Positions 25,018 through 34,318 of a stretch of DNA of 47,989 bases are shown piece after piece. The number at the start of each line of letters is the position of its first letter. Position 1 is the first letter of the stretch. The notes below the pieces were generated by a model, which was given only the letters and a program-made list of their open reading frames with translations, searched no databases and was not told where the DNA came from. Position numbers and translations under genes: made by a program. The DNA is from Candidatus Thorarchaeota archaeon (GTDB lineage Archaea; Asgardarchaeota; Thorarchaeia; Thorarchaeales; Thorarchaeaceae), in NCBI GenBank assembly GCA_029856425.1, contig JAHQWZ010000001.1, positions 1 to 47,989 of the forward strand, written 5' to 3'.

Positions 25018-25503
25018 TCACTTTAGTCGATAATAGTGGTCGCAGCAGGCATCCCCGTTCATCAGCTTCTTTGTAATTCTAAATTCCATTTCAGGGTTGA
25101 ATCCAGCTACAATGTGCGGATCAGTGCTGCAATGAAATATCAGTCCATACTCAGGCCTTCCAATCGCAAGATAGGTGTCCGCCACTGGGCACTTCGTGCA
25201 ATGAATCTGTGCCGAGTCTTCAGACCTTTCGACAGCAAACTCTCCACCAGCAGACTCAAAGGCCTTCCAGAGTGTATCAAGAATGCCATCGATATCATTA
25301 CGTTCTTGCTCCAGAGCAATTTCAGCCCAAGCCTCTCTGGTCTTCTCGGCGATTATCTCCAGAACTCTTTCATTGGCTTCAGTCCCATAATCCTTCTCAT
25401 ATATGTCGAGTAAAGCATTTAGCTTCTTAGGATTTGAACGAGCCGCTCTGATATCATGTACAAGTTCTCGTAGATCTTTGTCAGCGGACTCTGATTCATT
25501 CAT
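25018..25503 (-). CDS. L-2-amino-thiazoline-4-carboxylic acid hydrolase-like protein
   Basis: C-terminal CTKCPVADTYL...YGLIFHCSTDPHIVAGFNPEMEFRITKKLMNGDACCDHYY matches my recollection of the ATC-hydrolase family pattern. Confidence 0.5.
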   Translation of the reverse strand: MNESESADKDLRELVHDIRAARSNPKKLNALLDIYEKDYGTEANERVLEIIAEKTREAWAEIALEQERNDIDGILDTLWKAFESAGGEFAVERSEDSAQIHCTKCPVADTYLAIGRPEYGLIFHCSTDPHIVAGFNPEMEFRITKKLMNGDACCDHYYRLK

Positions 25504-25616
25504 TCATCTCACAACCCTCTGCAGAGATTTCTGAGCATAAAAGAATACATCTCTGAGTAGAACGAAACTGAACCTGTCTTGTTGGAATCTGACCCCTACA
25601 GAAAAGATGATCCTCT

Positions 25617-26012
25617 TTACTTCGACTTGAAGTACTCTTTCATAGGATCGAAATAGAATTCCTTCCACCCGGTCTTGTAGTCCTCCCTCTGTCCCTCTGG
25701 AATATCTGTGTGAATCAACACCACCTTTGTCCCATTCTCAACTTCTTCCAGAACGACTTCAACTACAGAATCAGGGCTGTTCGATGGAAAATCGGTTGTA
25801 CGCCATCTTTGAACGATCCTACGATTCAGTTCCATTTCTATGGTAGTTCCCTGAATATAGCCATCCCATGCCGTGAATTTTCCATTGATTCTAGGGAGGA
25901 CTTTCGCCTCGCTTCCTGTCATCTCACTATGCTTCCTACTATCTAACCAAGATTCGTAGATTTCATCTGGTTTTGCAGGGATAGTTGCAGAAAGTCTTAG
26001 TTTCTCCGCCAT
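25617..26012 (-). CDS. SRPBCC/AHSA1 (Aha1-like START fold) protein
   Basis: LSATIPAKPDEIYESWLDSRKHSEMTG...FTAWDGYIQGTTIE...RIVQRWR. GAGGTG lies 5 nt upstream of the ATG at 26012. Confidence 0.7.
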   Translation of the reverse strand: MAEKLRLSATIPAKPDEIYESWLDSRKHSEMTGSEAKVLPRINGKFTAWDGYIQGTTIEMELNRRIVQRWRTTDFPSNSPDSVVEVVLEEVENGTKVVLIHTDIPEGQREDYKTGWKEFYFDPMKEYFKSK

Positions 26013-26108
26013 AATTGCACCTCGTAAGTCACATCGAGGCTCGTAGCGAGCTATTGAATTAATGATGAAGAACAATGTTGATAGGTTCTACTGTATGACA
26101 ATGAAGTC

Positions 26109-27239
26109 CTACTCTGTTTCTGAACCCTCTGCTCTCTTGATACGCTCTCGAATAGCCTCTATATGTTTACCTTTCTGCTCTAATTCATCCTTCTTTCGCT
26201 GGTTTGTCTTCACATATTCGTCATATGCATCTGCCCACTCTTGCCTTGTCTTACTGATTTGCCGTTTCAGATGTTCATACATCATTCTCTTGACATGCAC
26301 AGTATTTCTCAAATTGAGAAGGGCTGTATCCAGTCCCGATATGACGTTCGTTAGTTCCGATTCAGCTCTCTTCAGCTCAGCATGTAGATTGACAATCTCG
26401 GCTGATGGTCGTTCAACCTGTTCTATTTGAGGAGCAGAATCGGATGCTGACAATACAGTTCTATCAACTTCAGGTCCACTCTTCTCCAAAGGAAATACCG
26501 TTTCACTGCTTCTAGCCTCATCTGGTATTGAAGGTGCTATGAAATCAGAATTGGGCGTCTGCTGGATCTGAGCTTGCTCTGGAGAAGTAGGTTGTACATC
26601 TTCTATGGGAGTGGGCTTATCTTCTCGAAGTTTTGTAGGTGCAATCTTCTTCAAACCAATGAGACGGCCATCTGCTTTGTCAATCATCATTTCAGCAAGT
26701 TTCTTGAAGGCCTCATCTATATTCTCTCCAGTCAATGCTGATGCCTCGATGAAGATGGACGGGGTATTCATCTTCTCACCAAATCTCTCCGTGAATTCCA
26801 ACCCTTCCTCGTATGATACGGTTTCTTCTTTCGGATGATTTGGCCTTAGGTCGATCTTGTTACCAACGATAATGAGAGGGGGTAGATCGCCCATGAATCC
26901 GTGGGCTTCAACAAGCCATTTTGATGCATTGTCGAAGGATTCTCTGTCTACCACGGAATACACAAGAATCAGACCACTACTTCCATCATAATACCGTCTT
27001 CGGAGGCCTTGAAACAGAGGTTGGCCAGCGATGTCCCAGATTATCAAATAAATGGGTTTCTTATCCATCTGAAGAGTTTTCTGGGCAAAATCCACTCCCA
27101 GAGTCGCGATGTAACTTCTCTTGAATACTTGGCCTAAAAATGTTCGACGAATACTCGTCTTTCCTACAAATCCGTCGCCAATCAAGCAAACCTTGAACTG
27201 CTTACGGAGAGGGTCGAGTGAAATAGATATTCCCTCCAT
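26109..27239 (-). CDS. Rab/Ras-superfamily small GTPase with a roughly 190-aa linker and coiled-coil C-terminal extension
   Basis: G1 GDGFVGKTS, switch I TLGVDF, G3 WDIAGQ, G4 GNKIDL, G5 EASALTG. A P/S/E/Q-rich linker and a heptad-rich tail follow (NLHAELKRAESELTN...EQKGKHIEAIRERIKRAE). No CaaX or CC terminus. Confidence 0.85.
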   Translation of the reverse strand: MEGISISLDPLRKQFKVCLIGDGFVGKTSIRRTFLGQVFKRSYIATLGVDFAQKTLQMDKKPIYLIIWDIAGQPLFQGLRRRYYDGSSGLILVYSVVDRESFDNASKWLVEAHGFMGDLPPLIIVGNKIDLRPNHPKEETVSYEEGLEFTERFGEKMNTPSIFIEASALTGENIDEAFKKLAEMMIDKADGRLIGLKKIAPTKLREDKPTPIEDVQPTSPEQAQIQQTPNSDFIAPSIPDEARSSETVFPLEKSGPEVDRTVLSASDSAPQIEQVERPSAEIVNLHAELKRAESELTNVISGLDTALLNLRNTVHVKRMMYEHLKRQISKTRQEWADAYDEYVKTNQRKKDELEQKGKHIEAIRERIKRAEGSETE

Positions 27240-27376
27240 TCATGTGAGGCAGCGCGGTTATACTAGCTTTTTGTCACTTATAGTGATATTTCGGCTATGC
27301 AAATGAGCCGTGTGAGCCTTCTATTGTATCACCCTAGTATCACCTTGAAGTTATTCGAGAACTGCTTCGAGTGATG

Positions 27377-28093
27377 CTACTCCTCGACAGCCCCACCAAT
27401 CTTTCTGAGGTGTTGTCTAAATGTGACAGATGGGTTCTTCTCTCTAGCAAGTAGGTAACTCTTAAGCTGCAATTGTTCACTTAGACTCTTTCCATCTCTA
27501 ATTCTCCGTGACTGGCTCTGTTCTCTTTCCATTATGCGATTCGCAACTTCCAATACATTGGGAGTGTTCTCGATTGATATGAAGAGGACACCATCAGAAT
27601 CTCCGAATACAACATCTTCACGAATCACAGTCACCCCTCCAAACCTAGCTAGATCTAGGGCATCTGAACTGCGGGGGTCGACTCTTTGGGGTCCAGCAGG
27701 ATATGTGCCATAACTCATGATTGGAAGCCTCATATCCATCAGTTCCTTGGTGTCCCTGTGCGAGCCCCAGACAACAATTCCTCCAAGTCCACGTTCTTTC
27801 GCCTCTAATGCAATGAGGTCTCCTATACATCCTTCATCGTTTCTACCACCGTTGTCAACCACTAGCACGTCTCCATTATTTGCATCCTCCATGATCTCAA
27901 GGAAGATGTCTACACTCCCAAAGTGCTGGCATGGAAGTGATCTGCCTGCAATTCGCATCTTTCTATCAATCAGCTTGATGCCAGGCGGCCCTATTCTTGG
28001 AGGCAGCCCAAGACGAATACAGGCATCAGCCAATAGTGGTGTTGACAGCAATGAGAAGGATTTCGAAATCTTGTCATTCTCCAAGGTTGTCAC
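27377..28093 (-). CDS. RraA-family protein (RraA / HMG-CHA aldolase-like)
   Basis: LLADACIRLG ... GDVLVVDNGGRNDEGCIGDLIALEAKERGLGGIVVWGSHRD matches the RraA/aldolase fold signature. Confidence 0.75.
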   Translation of the reverse strand: MTTLENDKISKSFSLLSTPLLADACIRLGLPPRIGPPGIKLIDRKMRIAGRSLPCQHFGSVDIFLEIMEDANNGDVLVVDNGGRNDEGCIGDLIALEAKERGLGGIVVWGSHRDTKELMDMRLPIMSYGTYPAGPQRVDPRSSDALDLARFGGVTVIREDVVFGDSDGVLFISIENTPNVLEVANRIMEREQSQSRRIRDGKSLSEQLQLKSYLLAREKNPSVTFRQHLRKIGGAVEE

Positions 28094-28334
28094 CTCTGTA
28101 TTGAATCATTATGACTTAGCCCGGGTTACCTCGCCTTAGAGTATTGCGCTCCTTGCTGATTGGGCCTACATTGAGACATATTGTACAATCGATGAAGCTG
28201 GTCACTGTTGGGCGGCGAACAAGTTTTCTCTCAAGTTCTTTCACACTTTCAGTAAGCGAAGCCATCCCACAAAACCTCTGATGAAAAATACATGATTTGC
28301 TATTTGACTCTTCAACCATCATATGACGGTTTTC

Positions 28335-28508
28335 TCAATAGCGATATGCAGAGCCAAGCACGCCTGCCTCAATTTCTCGTCTTACTACCCCTGGACCGAA
28401 ATCGATGATGTATGGATATCCTTCTACTATGACAGCAACAGCCGGTCCATGACGAGTTGGATCAATATTGGGCGTGCCAGTTCCCAAGAGAACGACTCTT
28501 GTGGCCAT
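28335..28508 (-). pseudogene. N-terminal fragment of a metallo-beta-lactamase-fold (RNase Z-like) gene
   Basis: MATRVVLLGTGTPNIDPTRHGPAVAVIVEGYPYIIDFGPG is an MBL N-terminus. It ends after 57 aa, before any HxHxDH motif. Confidence 0.45.
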
Positions 28509-28674
28509 TTCTAGCCACATTCCAAGAAACGCGACTGTACTCTTAAACCCGATTGCTCGGTAATTCTGAGAATAATAGCACTCATCTAACTGATTTTGCC
28601 ACAACTAGGTTGATTATGCAATTCAGAATCGGCATCGATCATTCGCGCTCAAAGAAAACACCCAAATAGTGGCA

Positions 28675-28694
28675 TAATGAATACTGATTCACTT
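28675..28694. promoter_or_regulatory. near-consensus copy TAATGAAT-ACTG-ATTCACTT of the ATGAAT-N4-ATTCAT palindrome
   Basis: 14 of 16 positions match the consensus. Overlaps the first ATG (28677) of the hdrC ORF at the head of the hdr cluster. Confidence 0.3.
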
Positions 28695-29285
28695 GACACC
28701 AGTCGCTTAATGAGGAACCAATTTAAGCTGCGGTTCGCAAAATGCGAGTTGATAGATTTGACTCCTAGTAGCGTATCGTCTGACCTTGAGTTTAGGAACT
28801 GGATTCTCAGACAACCAGAAGGGAAAACACTGCGAAGATGTTATCAATGCGGACGGTGCACTGGGGCATGTCCAATCGCTGAGATTGACCAATCGTTCAA
28901 TCCACGTCTTTTCCTTGAGAAAGTCATATTGGCAGATGAGTCTCTTGCGGAGAACCAACTCATCTGGACTTGTCTGACCTGTGAGCAATGTGAGGTGAGA
29001 TGTCCCGAACATGTCAAGATACCTCAGATATTGATACTCGCTAAGGTCAGGGGTTTGGTGGCAGGCAACACTCCCCAAACTGCATTAGACAGAGCCCGGA
29101 CCATCTTGTCAGAGGGTCGTACAATCCAAGTCAGTGACCCTATGCTCAAGACTCGTGATAAGATGGGTCTCCCTTCTCTTGGAAGCCCACCTGTTAAGCA
29201 GCTTGCTGAGGCTCTCAAGGACCTAGGTCTTGTTGAGAAGCTCGAGAATATCGAGTCAATTTATGGAGGCGATAGGGATGAGTAA
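28677..29285 (+). CDS. hdrC: heterodisulfide reductase subunit C-like (2x[4Fe-4S])
   Basis: CYQCGRCTGACP and CLTCEQCEVRCP. The start is uncertain; the in-frame ATG at 28710 is possible. Confidence 0.8.
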   Translation: MNTDSLDTSRLMRNQFKLRFAKCELIDLTPSSVSSDLEFRNWILRQPEGKTLRRCYQCGRCTGACPIAEIDQSFNPRLFLEKVILADESLAENQLIWTCLTCEQCEVRCPEHVKIPQILILAKVRGLVAGNTPQTALDRARTILSEGRTIQVSDPMLKTRDKMGLPSLGSPPVKQLAEALKDLGLVEKLENIESIYGGDRDE

Positions 29286-30180
29286 AGCGATTGAATACAC
29301 TTACTTTCCCGGCTGCATGATCCCCTTCAGACTTCCGCACTTTGAGCTAACAATGCGCGAGGTTCTAAGGCGTCTGAATATCGAGCTGATCGCGGACGAA
29401 GGACACACTTGCTGTCCTGAGCCAACCACCTTTACAGGAGTGGATTATGAGGCATGGCTGACTGTTGGGGCTAGAAACATTGCAGTTAGTGAGTCCACTG
29501 GAAGAGACACAATGGCACTGTGTAGTGGTTGTTTCCATACTCTATCTATGGTCAGGTACACACTTCAATCTGACAATGAAACTCGAGAGCGGCTAAATAA
29601 GAGGCTAAAAAGAATCGGCATGATAGCCACGGGAGAGGTAGCTGTAAAAAACATCTTGCATGTCTTGCATGAGGATGTAGGCCTAGAAAGGATTCGAAAG
29701 AGCATAGTTCAACCTCTCAAGAACCTCTCTATTGCAGCCCACTATGGGTGTCATCTCGTAAGGCCAATTGAAGCGACCCATATGGATGATGCAGAGGACC
29801 CGATGTGGATGGAAGATCTGATTGAGGTGACAGGTGCCAAGCCAGTAGACTATCCTGATAAGATGGCATGCTGTGGAGCGCCAATCTCTCCCTCGGATGA
29901 GTCTAAGTCTTTTGTTCTAGCGGGTGAGAAGTTGCTAAAGATACGAGATGCAGGTGCTGATGCCATCGTGTTAGTGTGTCCAACCTGTTATACCCAGATG
30001 GAGATGCAGCAGAAGAAGGCTATCGAACATCTGGACCCAGAATTTAGCCTTCCTATTCTCTATCTGGGTGAGATGATGGCTCTTGCGATGGGAATGTCCG
30101 ACCTGGTTGTAGAAAATGCCAGGAGATACCATCGAGTGAAGATTCAGCCTTTGCTGGAGAAGATGGGAGTTGGTAAGTGA
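29278..30180 (+). CDS. hdrB: heterodisulfide reductase subunit B-like (two CCG domains)
   Basis: FPGC...CCPEP...CSGC and YGCH...CCGAP...CPTC. GGAGG lies 8 nt upstream of the ATG at 29278. Confidence 0.85.
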   Translation: MSKAIEYTYFPGCMIPFRLPHFELTMREVLRRLNIELIADEGHTCCPEPTTFTGVDYEAWLTVGARNIAVSESTGRDTMALCSGCFHTLSMVRYTLQSDNETRERLNKRLKRIGMIATGEVAVKNILHVLHEDVGLERIRKSIVQPLKNLSIAAHYGCHLVRPIEATHMDDAEDPMWMEDLIEVTGAKPVDYPDKMACCGAPISPSDESKSFVLAGEKLLKIRDAGADAIVLVCPTCYTQMEMQQKKAIEHLDPEFSLPILYLGEMMALAMGMSDLVVENARRYHRVKIQPLLEKMGVGK

Positions 30181-31445
30181 TGGGGGATACAGTCATAGTT
30201 GTTGGCGCTGGCCTAGCAGGAATACAGGTTTCCCATCAACTGGCTGATTTGGGCTTGAGAGTCCACCTTGTAGAGAAAGAGGCCACTGTGGGAGGGCTCT
30301 CTGCACATCTTGGAAAGGTATTTCCCACAGATGACTGTGCTCTATGTCTTGATGCATGTGAAGAGTTGTTTAGTGGGCATCATCGGAGATGTCAGTATCG
30401 AAGCCTTCTAGGAACTCAGAAAAAGCTAAGTCTTCATACTCTGACTGAAGTAAGATCAATCAAGCACGAGGGTGACAAATTTTCTGTCTCTCTAAAAACA
30501 ACGCCAAGGTATGTACTACTCGATAGGTGTGTTGTCTGTCTAGAATGCATCAATGTCTGTGATGTTGAAGTTCCTGATGAGTTGAATCTAGGTAGAGTTC
30601 TTAGAAGGGCTGTGTATCGCCCAATTCCACAAGGAGTTCCTCTCGCTCCTATTATTGACATGAACTCATGCACAAAGTGCAGCAAGTGCGTTGATGTTTG
30701 TAAAGTCGATGCCATCGACTTGGAGCAGAAGTGCAAAACCCGGACCATTAAGGCTGATGCTGTGGTCTTGGCGACAGGAGTAGAGGAAAGTTCTCCTAGT
30801 GTACTACCTGGTTATGCTTATGGCCATTGCGAAGACGTTCTTACACAGAGAGAGCTCGGTCGTCTTCTGGACTCAGCGGGACCGAGCAATGGAAAAGCCC
30901 TTACCGCATCAGGAAGGCAAGTAGGGTCAGTAACAATGATACTCTGCGCTGGCAGCAGAGACCTGAATGCAGTAGAGTATTGCTCACGGGCATGTTGCAC
31001 ATATAGCCTGAAACATGCAATCATGCTCAGAGAACAGGGTGTAGATGTGACGATTTGCTACATGGATCTTCGTGTTCCAACTCATAGCCAGAGTTTTCTC
31101 GAGCGTGCAAGGGAATCAGATGTGACTTTTGTGAGAGGGAAGCCAGATCATGTAGTAGTCCGTGAAGGATCTCCTGTGACCATTGTTGAAGACACTGAAT
31201 CTCAGAAACGCTTAGAGATAGAATCAGACCTTGTCGTTCTTGCCTCGCCATTAGTACCTCATGCCGCTGAGCGTGAAGTCTTCAATTCATTTCTTGACAA
31301 GTATGGATTTGCTGCACGTCACAATGCACTAAAGGGTATCTACGCCTGTGGGACCTCTACGGGTGCAAATGACATTCCCGGAAGTGTTGCAGAGGCCAAT
31401 TCCGTTGCGTTAGAAGTCTACATGGCCCTGAAAGGAGGTGCTTAG
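30177..31445 (+). CDS. HdrA-like FAD-dependent oxidoreductase with inserted 2x[4Fe-4S] ferredoxin domain (short form)
   Basis: VIVVGAGLAGIQVSHQLADLGLRVHLVEKE (FAD/NAD Rossmann), CVVCLECINVC and CTKCSKCVDVC. Confidence 0.75.
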   Translation: MMGDTVIVVGAGLAGIQVSHQLADLGLRVHLVEKEATVGGLSAHLGKVFPTDDCALCLDACEELFSGHHRRCQYRSLLGTQKKLSLHTLTEVRSIKHEGDKFSVSLKTTPRYVLLDRCVVCLECINVCDVEVPDELNLGRVLRRAVYRPIPQGVPLAPIIDMNSCTKCSKCVDVCKVDAIDLEQKCKTRTIKADAVVLATGVEESSPSVLPGYAYGHCEDVLTQRELGRLLDSAGPSNGKALTASGRQVGSVTMILCAGSRDLNAVEYCSRACCTYSLKHAIMLREQGVDVTICYMDLRVPTHSQSFLERARESDVTFVRGKPDHVVVREGSPVTIVEDTESQKRLEIESDLVVLASPLVPHAAEREVFNSFLDKYGFAARHNALKGIYACGTSTGANDIPGSVAEANSVALEVYMALKGGA

Positions 31446-33410
31446 ATGAAGAAGCTGTTCCTCTGCACCTGCAATGGTACTCTGAATAAGCTGTTAGACT
31501 TCACGAGAATCGGGAAAGAAGCAAAAGCCATCTATGATGTAGTTGAGGTTGCAGACAATCTCTGTCTAGAGGAGGGGCTTGCGGAACTGGAAAAAGGGCT
31601 CTCAGGAGACGACAGACTCGTCATAGGCGCCTGTAGTTCCCAGATTATTGGTGTCCCTATGAAGCAAAGAATCAAGAATGACCTTGTTGCGTTCGTTCCA
31701 CTGAGAGAGCAAGTGGGATGGGTCCACCTTGAAGAGGGGGAGTCTGCCACCAACAAGGCGATTGTGCTACTATCTGATGCAGCAGTGCAATTGGATTATA
31801 TGGAGTCACAAGCCGAGTTCACTGAGAACATGGTAGGTCGAGTTCTTGTCATAGGGGGCGGTATTGCAGGTTTGAAAGCGGCCTCAGACCTCCATCGACT
31901 GGGTGTTGAGGTAACTCTCTTAGAACCATTCAAGCTGGATAAACACCACTATCTCCAGACCAGTGTCTTCATGAGCGACGCTGACACACTCAGGAGTGAG
32001 ATTCAAGAAATTCAGAAGACCATCTTAGATGTAGAAAGGATTCGGGGCGAAATTCGTGAGGTCAGAGGGCAGCTGGGCTCCTATGAAGTCACTATAAATG
32101 GTGCTAAGGATGGCAGCATGACCCAAGAATTTGGTGCCATAATAATCGCTTCGGGAAACCAACAGTCTTTGCCAAGTTCAGCAAAGAAGATGCGTTACGG
32201 GAAGTCCGAACGTGTTGTAACTCTTGATAGTCTTATATCAAATTCAAAGAAGAAACGTGCCAAGGATAGATCCACAATCCTCGTGGCAGTTGATTTTGAT
32301 GCCCCTATGTCCTCGGTGGAGGGGAGCCATCTCCTTAGAACCACCAGGGACCTAGCAGCTCGGGGCAACACAATCATTGTCGTATACTCTGACATTCAGA
32401 CTGAGGATGAAAACCTCTACCGAGAGGCACGTGACTCTGGAGTCATATTCATACGCGGTAGGGTAACTCGTATCAAGGAGAATGATAAGGGCCTCTCCTG
32501 CCGTATCGAGAATACTCTGGAGTCAATGCAGAGAGATGTCATAGCAGATCGTGTAGCAATCCCTCGGCTGATTGGGCCAACTATTGAAACAACACAAATT
32601 GCTGAAAAACTGGGAGTGGAATGTGACGATAGTGGTTTCATCAGAACCAGATATAGCAAGATGAAGCCAGTCCAAACCTCTAGACGTGGCATCTTTGTGG
32701 CTGGTGGTGCGAAGATGCCAATGAGTCTATCTGATGCCATGGCTTCTGCTCAGAATGCTGTCCTTGAGGCCTTCAAGATAGTACGATCCCCCCTGGTCCG
32801 CTCGGGATGGATTCCAGTTATAGACGATGAGGAATGCGATGTCTGTAAGGCATGTTTGGATGCATGCCCGAATGATGCACTACGACTGATGGATGATCGA
32901 ATAGTGCATATTCCAGCACACTGTGAATTCTGTGGTATCTGTGTGTCTGCATGTCCGACTCGGGCAATCGAGTTTCAGTCTCACAGTAAAGAGAGCTGGT
33001 TTGCACGGTTTGAGGCAATAGCAGCCACTCATAAACGACTTGAGGGAAAAAAGCCATTCTCACTCGTATTTGCATGTAGCGAGTGTGCCAATGCATCAAT
33101 TGACCAGGCCGGGTTTGTCGGCAAGCAGTATGGCACAGGAAGTTACGTCATTCAATTTCCATGTGCTGGTATGGTTTCACCAATTGAGATTCTCAAAGGT
33201 CTAGTTGTTGGGGCCAATCGTGTCATTGTAGCACATTGCCCACCCGGTGGATGCCATCACCAGACTGGTGATCATCTCTCAGAGCTCGTTGTCAGCCTTA
33301 CCAGAGATATGTTACGAGAGATAGGACAGAATCCAGACCGTGTTCGAGCCACATACATGATGGCAGCAATGCCTGACAAGATGCAGAAGGAGGTGCCAGT
33401 CCGTGGATAA
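31446..33410 (+). CDS. HdrA-like flavoprotein fused to a C-terminal MvhD-like domain
   Basis: N-terminal FLCTCNGTL, Rossmann VLVIGGGIAGLKAASDL, ferredoxin CDVCKACLDACP/CEFCGICVSACP. The C-terminal FACSECAN...FPCAGMVSPIEILKGL...VAHCPPGGCHH is MvhD-like. Confidence 0.8.
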   Translation: MKKLFLCTCNGTLNKLLDFTRIGKEAKAIYDVVEVADNLCLEEGLAELEKGLSGDDRLVIGACSSQIIGVPMKQRIKNDLVAFVPLREQVGWVHLEEGESATNKAIVLLSDAAVQLDYMESQAEFTENMVGRVLVIGGGIAGLKAASDLHRLGVEVTLLEPFKLDKHHYLQTSVFMSDADTLRSEIQEIQKTILDVERIRGEIREVRGQLGSYEVTINGAKDGSMTQEFGAIIIASGNQQSLPSSAKKMRYGKSERVVTLDSLISNSKKKRAKDRSTILVAVDFDAPMSSVEGSHLLRTTRDLAARGNTIIVVYSDIQTEDENLYREARDSGVIFIRGRVTRIKENDKGLSCRIENTLESMQRDVIADRVAIPRLIGPTIETTQIAEKLGVECDDSGFIRTRYSKMKPVQTSRRGIFVAGGAKMPMSLSDAMASAQNAVLEAFKIVRSPLVRSGWIPVIDDEECDVCKACLDACPNDALRLMDDRIVHIPAHCEFCGICVSACPTRAIEFQSHSKESWFARFEAIAATHKRLEGKKPFSLVFACSECANASIDQAGFVGKQYGTGSYVIQFPCAGMVSPIEILKGLVVGANRVIVAHCPPGGCHHQTGDHLSELVVSLTRDMLREIGQNPDRVRATYMMAAMPDKMQKEVPVRG

Positions 33411-34317
33411 ACGGGGGCGTCTTATTCAAAAGATTCGTAACATCGCAGTGCAGACTCCTACTCATATCTTGGAAGTCCCTGAGAAGGTGGAGGGATTTGG
33501 GAGCATCAATTACAAACCGGAGTCATGTAGTGCATGCAAGAAGTGCATTGAGGCATGTGAGGTTGAAGCTCTGGACATAGACCTCATGGTGCAATTGCCA
33601 GCTTATCTGAGTGCCATAATACCTGAAGAAGGGTTCAGGTCCAAGAACCGTGAAACATTGATATCTCTTCTTCAGATTCTGAAGGGGGAGGGCGATGTTC
33701 AGGCAATCCCAGTTCCTTCTGGTCTGTCTGGATATGGATCAGTGGTCTGGATCACTGAGAAATGCATAGCATGCAACAAGTGCGTTGAAGCTTGTCCAGA
33801 AGACTGCCTCGACCTAGAGAAGAAGTATGACCTACCAACAATCATTGGCAATGTAGTGACTCCTCCTTCAATTTCCATTACTGAGTGGGAGCCGTTCGTA
33901 ATTTGCTTTGTATGCTGGGAGTGTTCCCATGCAGCCGCTGACCTAGCAGGACTCATGCACCTACATTATCCTGCCAACATACGAACTGTGAGGGTGCCGT
34001 GTAGTGGTGCAGTTGAGCCTATCCAGATAATGACCGCCATGGAGAATGGTGTCGATGGGGTATTGGTCACGGGATGCCTTCTCTCCGAGTGTCATTATGG
34101 TGGTGATGATCCTCTAGCTGGCAACTTCATGCAGCAAGACTTTGTTCACTTCTGGCAAAGCGTGTTTAAGGAGATAGGTCTAGGCGGGCGACTGCATATC
34201 GATTTCGCATCTGCTGCTATGGGAATTAGGTTTGCAGAGATAGTCACAGAATTTGTTGAACAAATTAGGAAGATAGGACCGAGCCCCTTGAGAGGAAAAT
34301 TGGAGGTGGAATCCTAG
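33403..34317 (+). CDS. 2x[4Fe-4S] ferredoxin domain fused to an MvhD-like domain
   Basis: CSACKKCIEACE and CIACNKCVEACP, then FVCWECSHAAADLAG...VPCSGAVEPIQIMTAM...VTGCLLSECHY. GTG start with GGAGGT 7 nt upstream. Confidence 0.8.
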   Translation: MDKRGRLIQKIRNIAVQTPTHILEVPEKVEGFGSINYKPESCSACKKCIEACEVEALDIDLMVQLPAYLSAIIPEEGFRSKNRETLISLLQILKGEGDVQAIPVPSGLSGYGSVVWITEKCIACNKCVEACPEDCLDLEKKYDLPTIIGNVVTPPSISITEWEPFVICFVCWECSHAAADLAGLMHLHYPANIRTVRVPCSGAVEPIQIMTAMENGVDGVLVTGCLLSECHYGGDDPLAGNFMQQDFVHFWQSVFKEIGLGGRLHIDFASAAMGIRFAEIVTEFVEQIRKIGPSPLRGKLEVES

Positions 34318-34318
34318 A

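Noticed and set aside
27326-27344. Direct repeat GTATCACC-CTA-GTATCACC and the small palindrome TCACT-TAT-AGTGA (27274-27286), both upstream of the GTPase gene.
   Set aside because: Both are too short (8 bp and 5 bp arms) to separate from chance. They are noted only as candidates for a promoter study.
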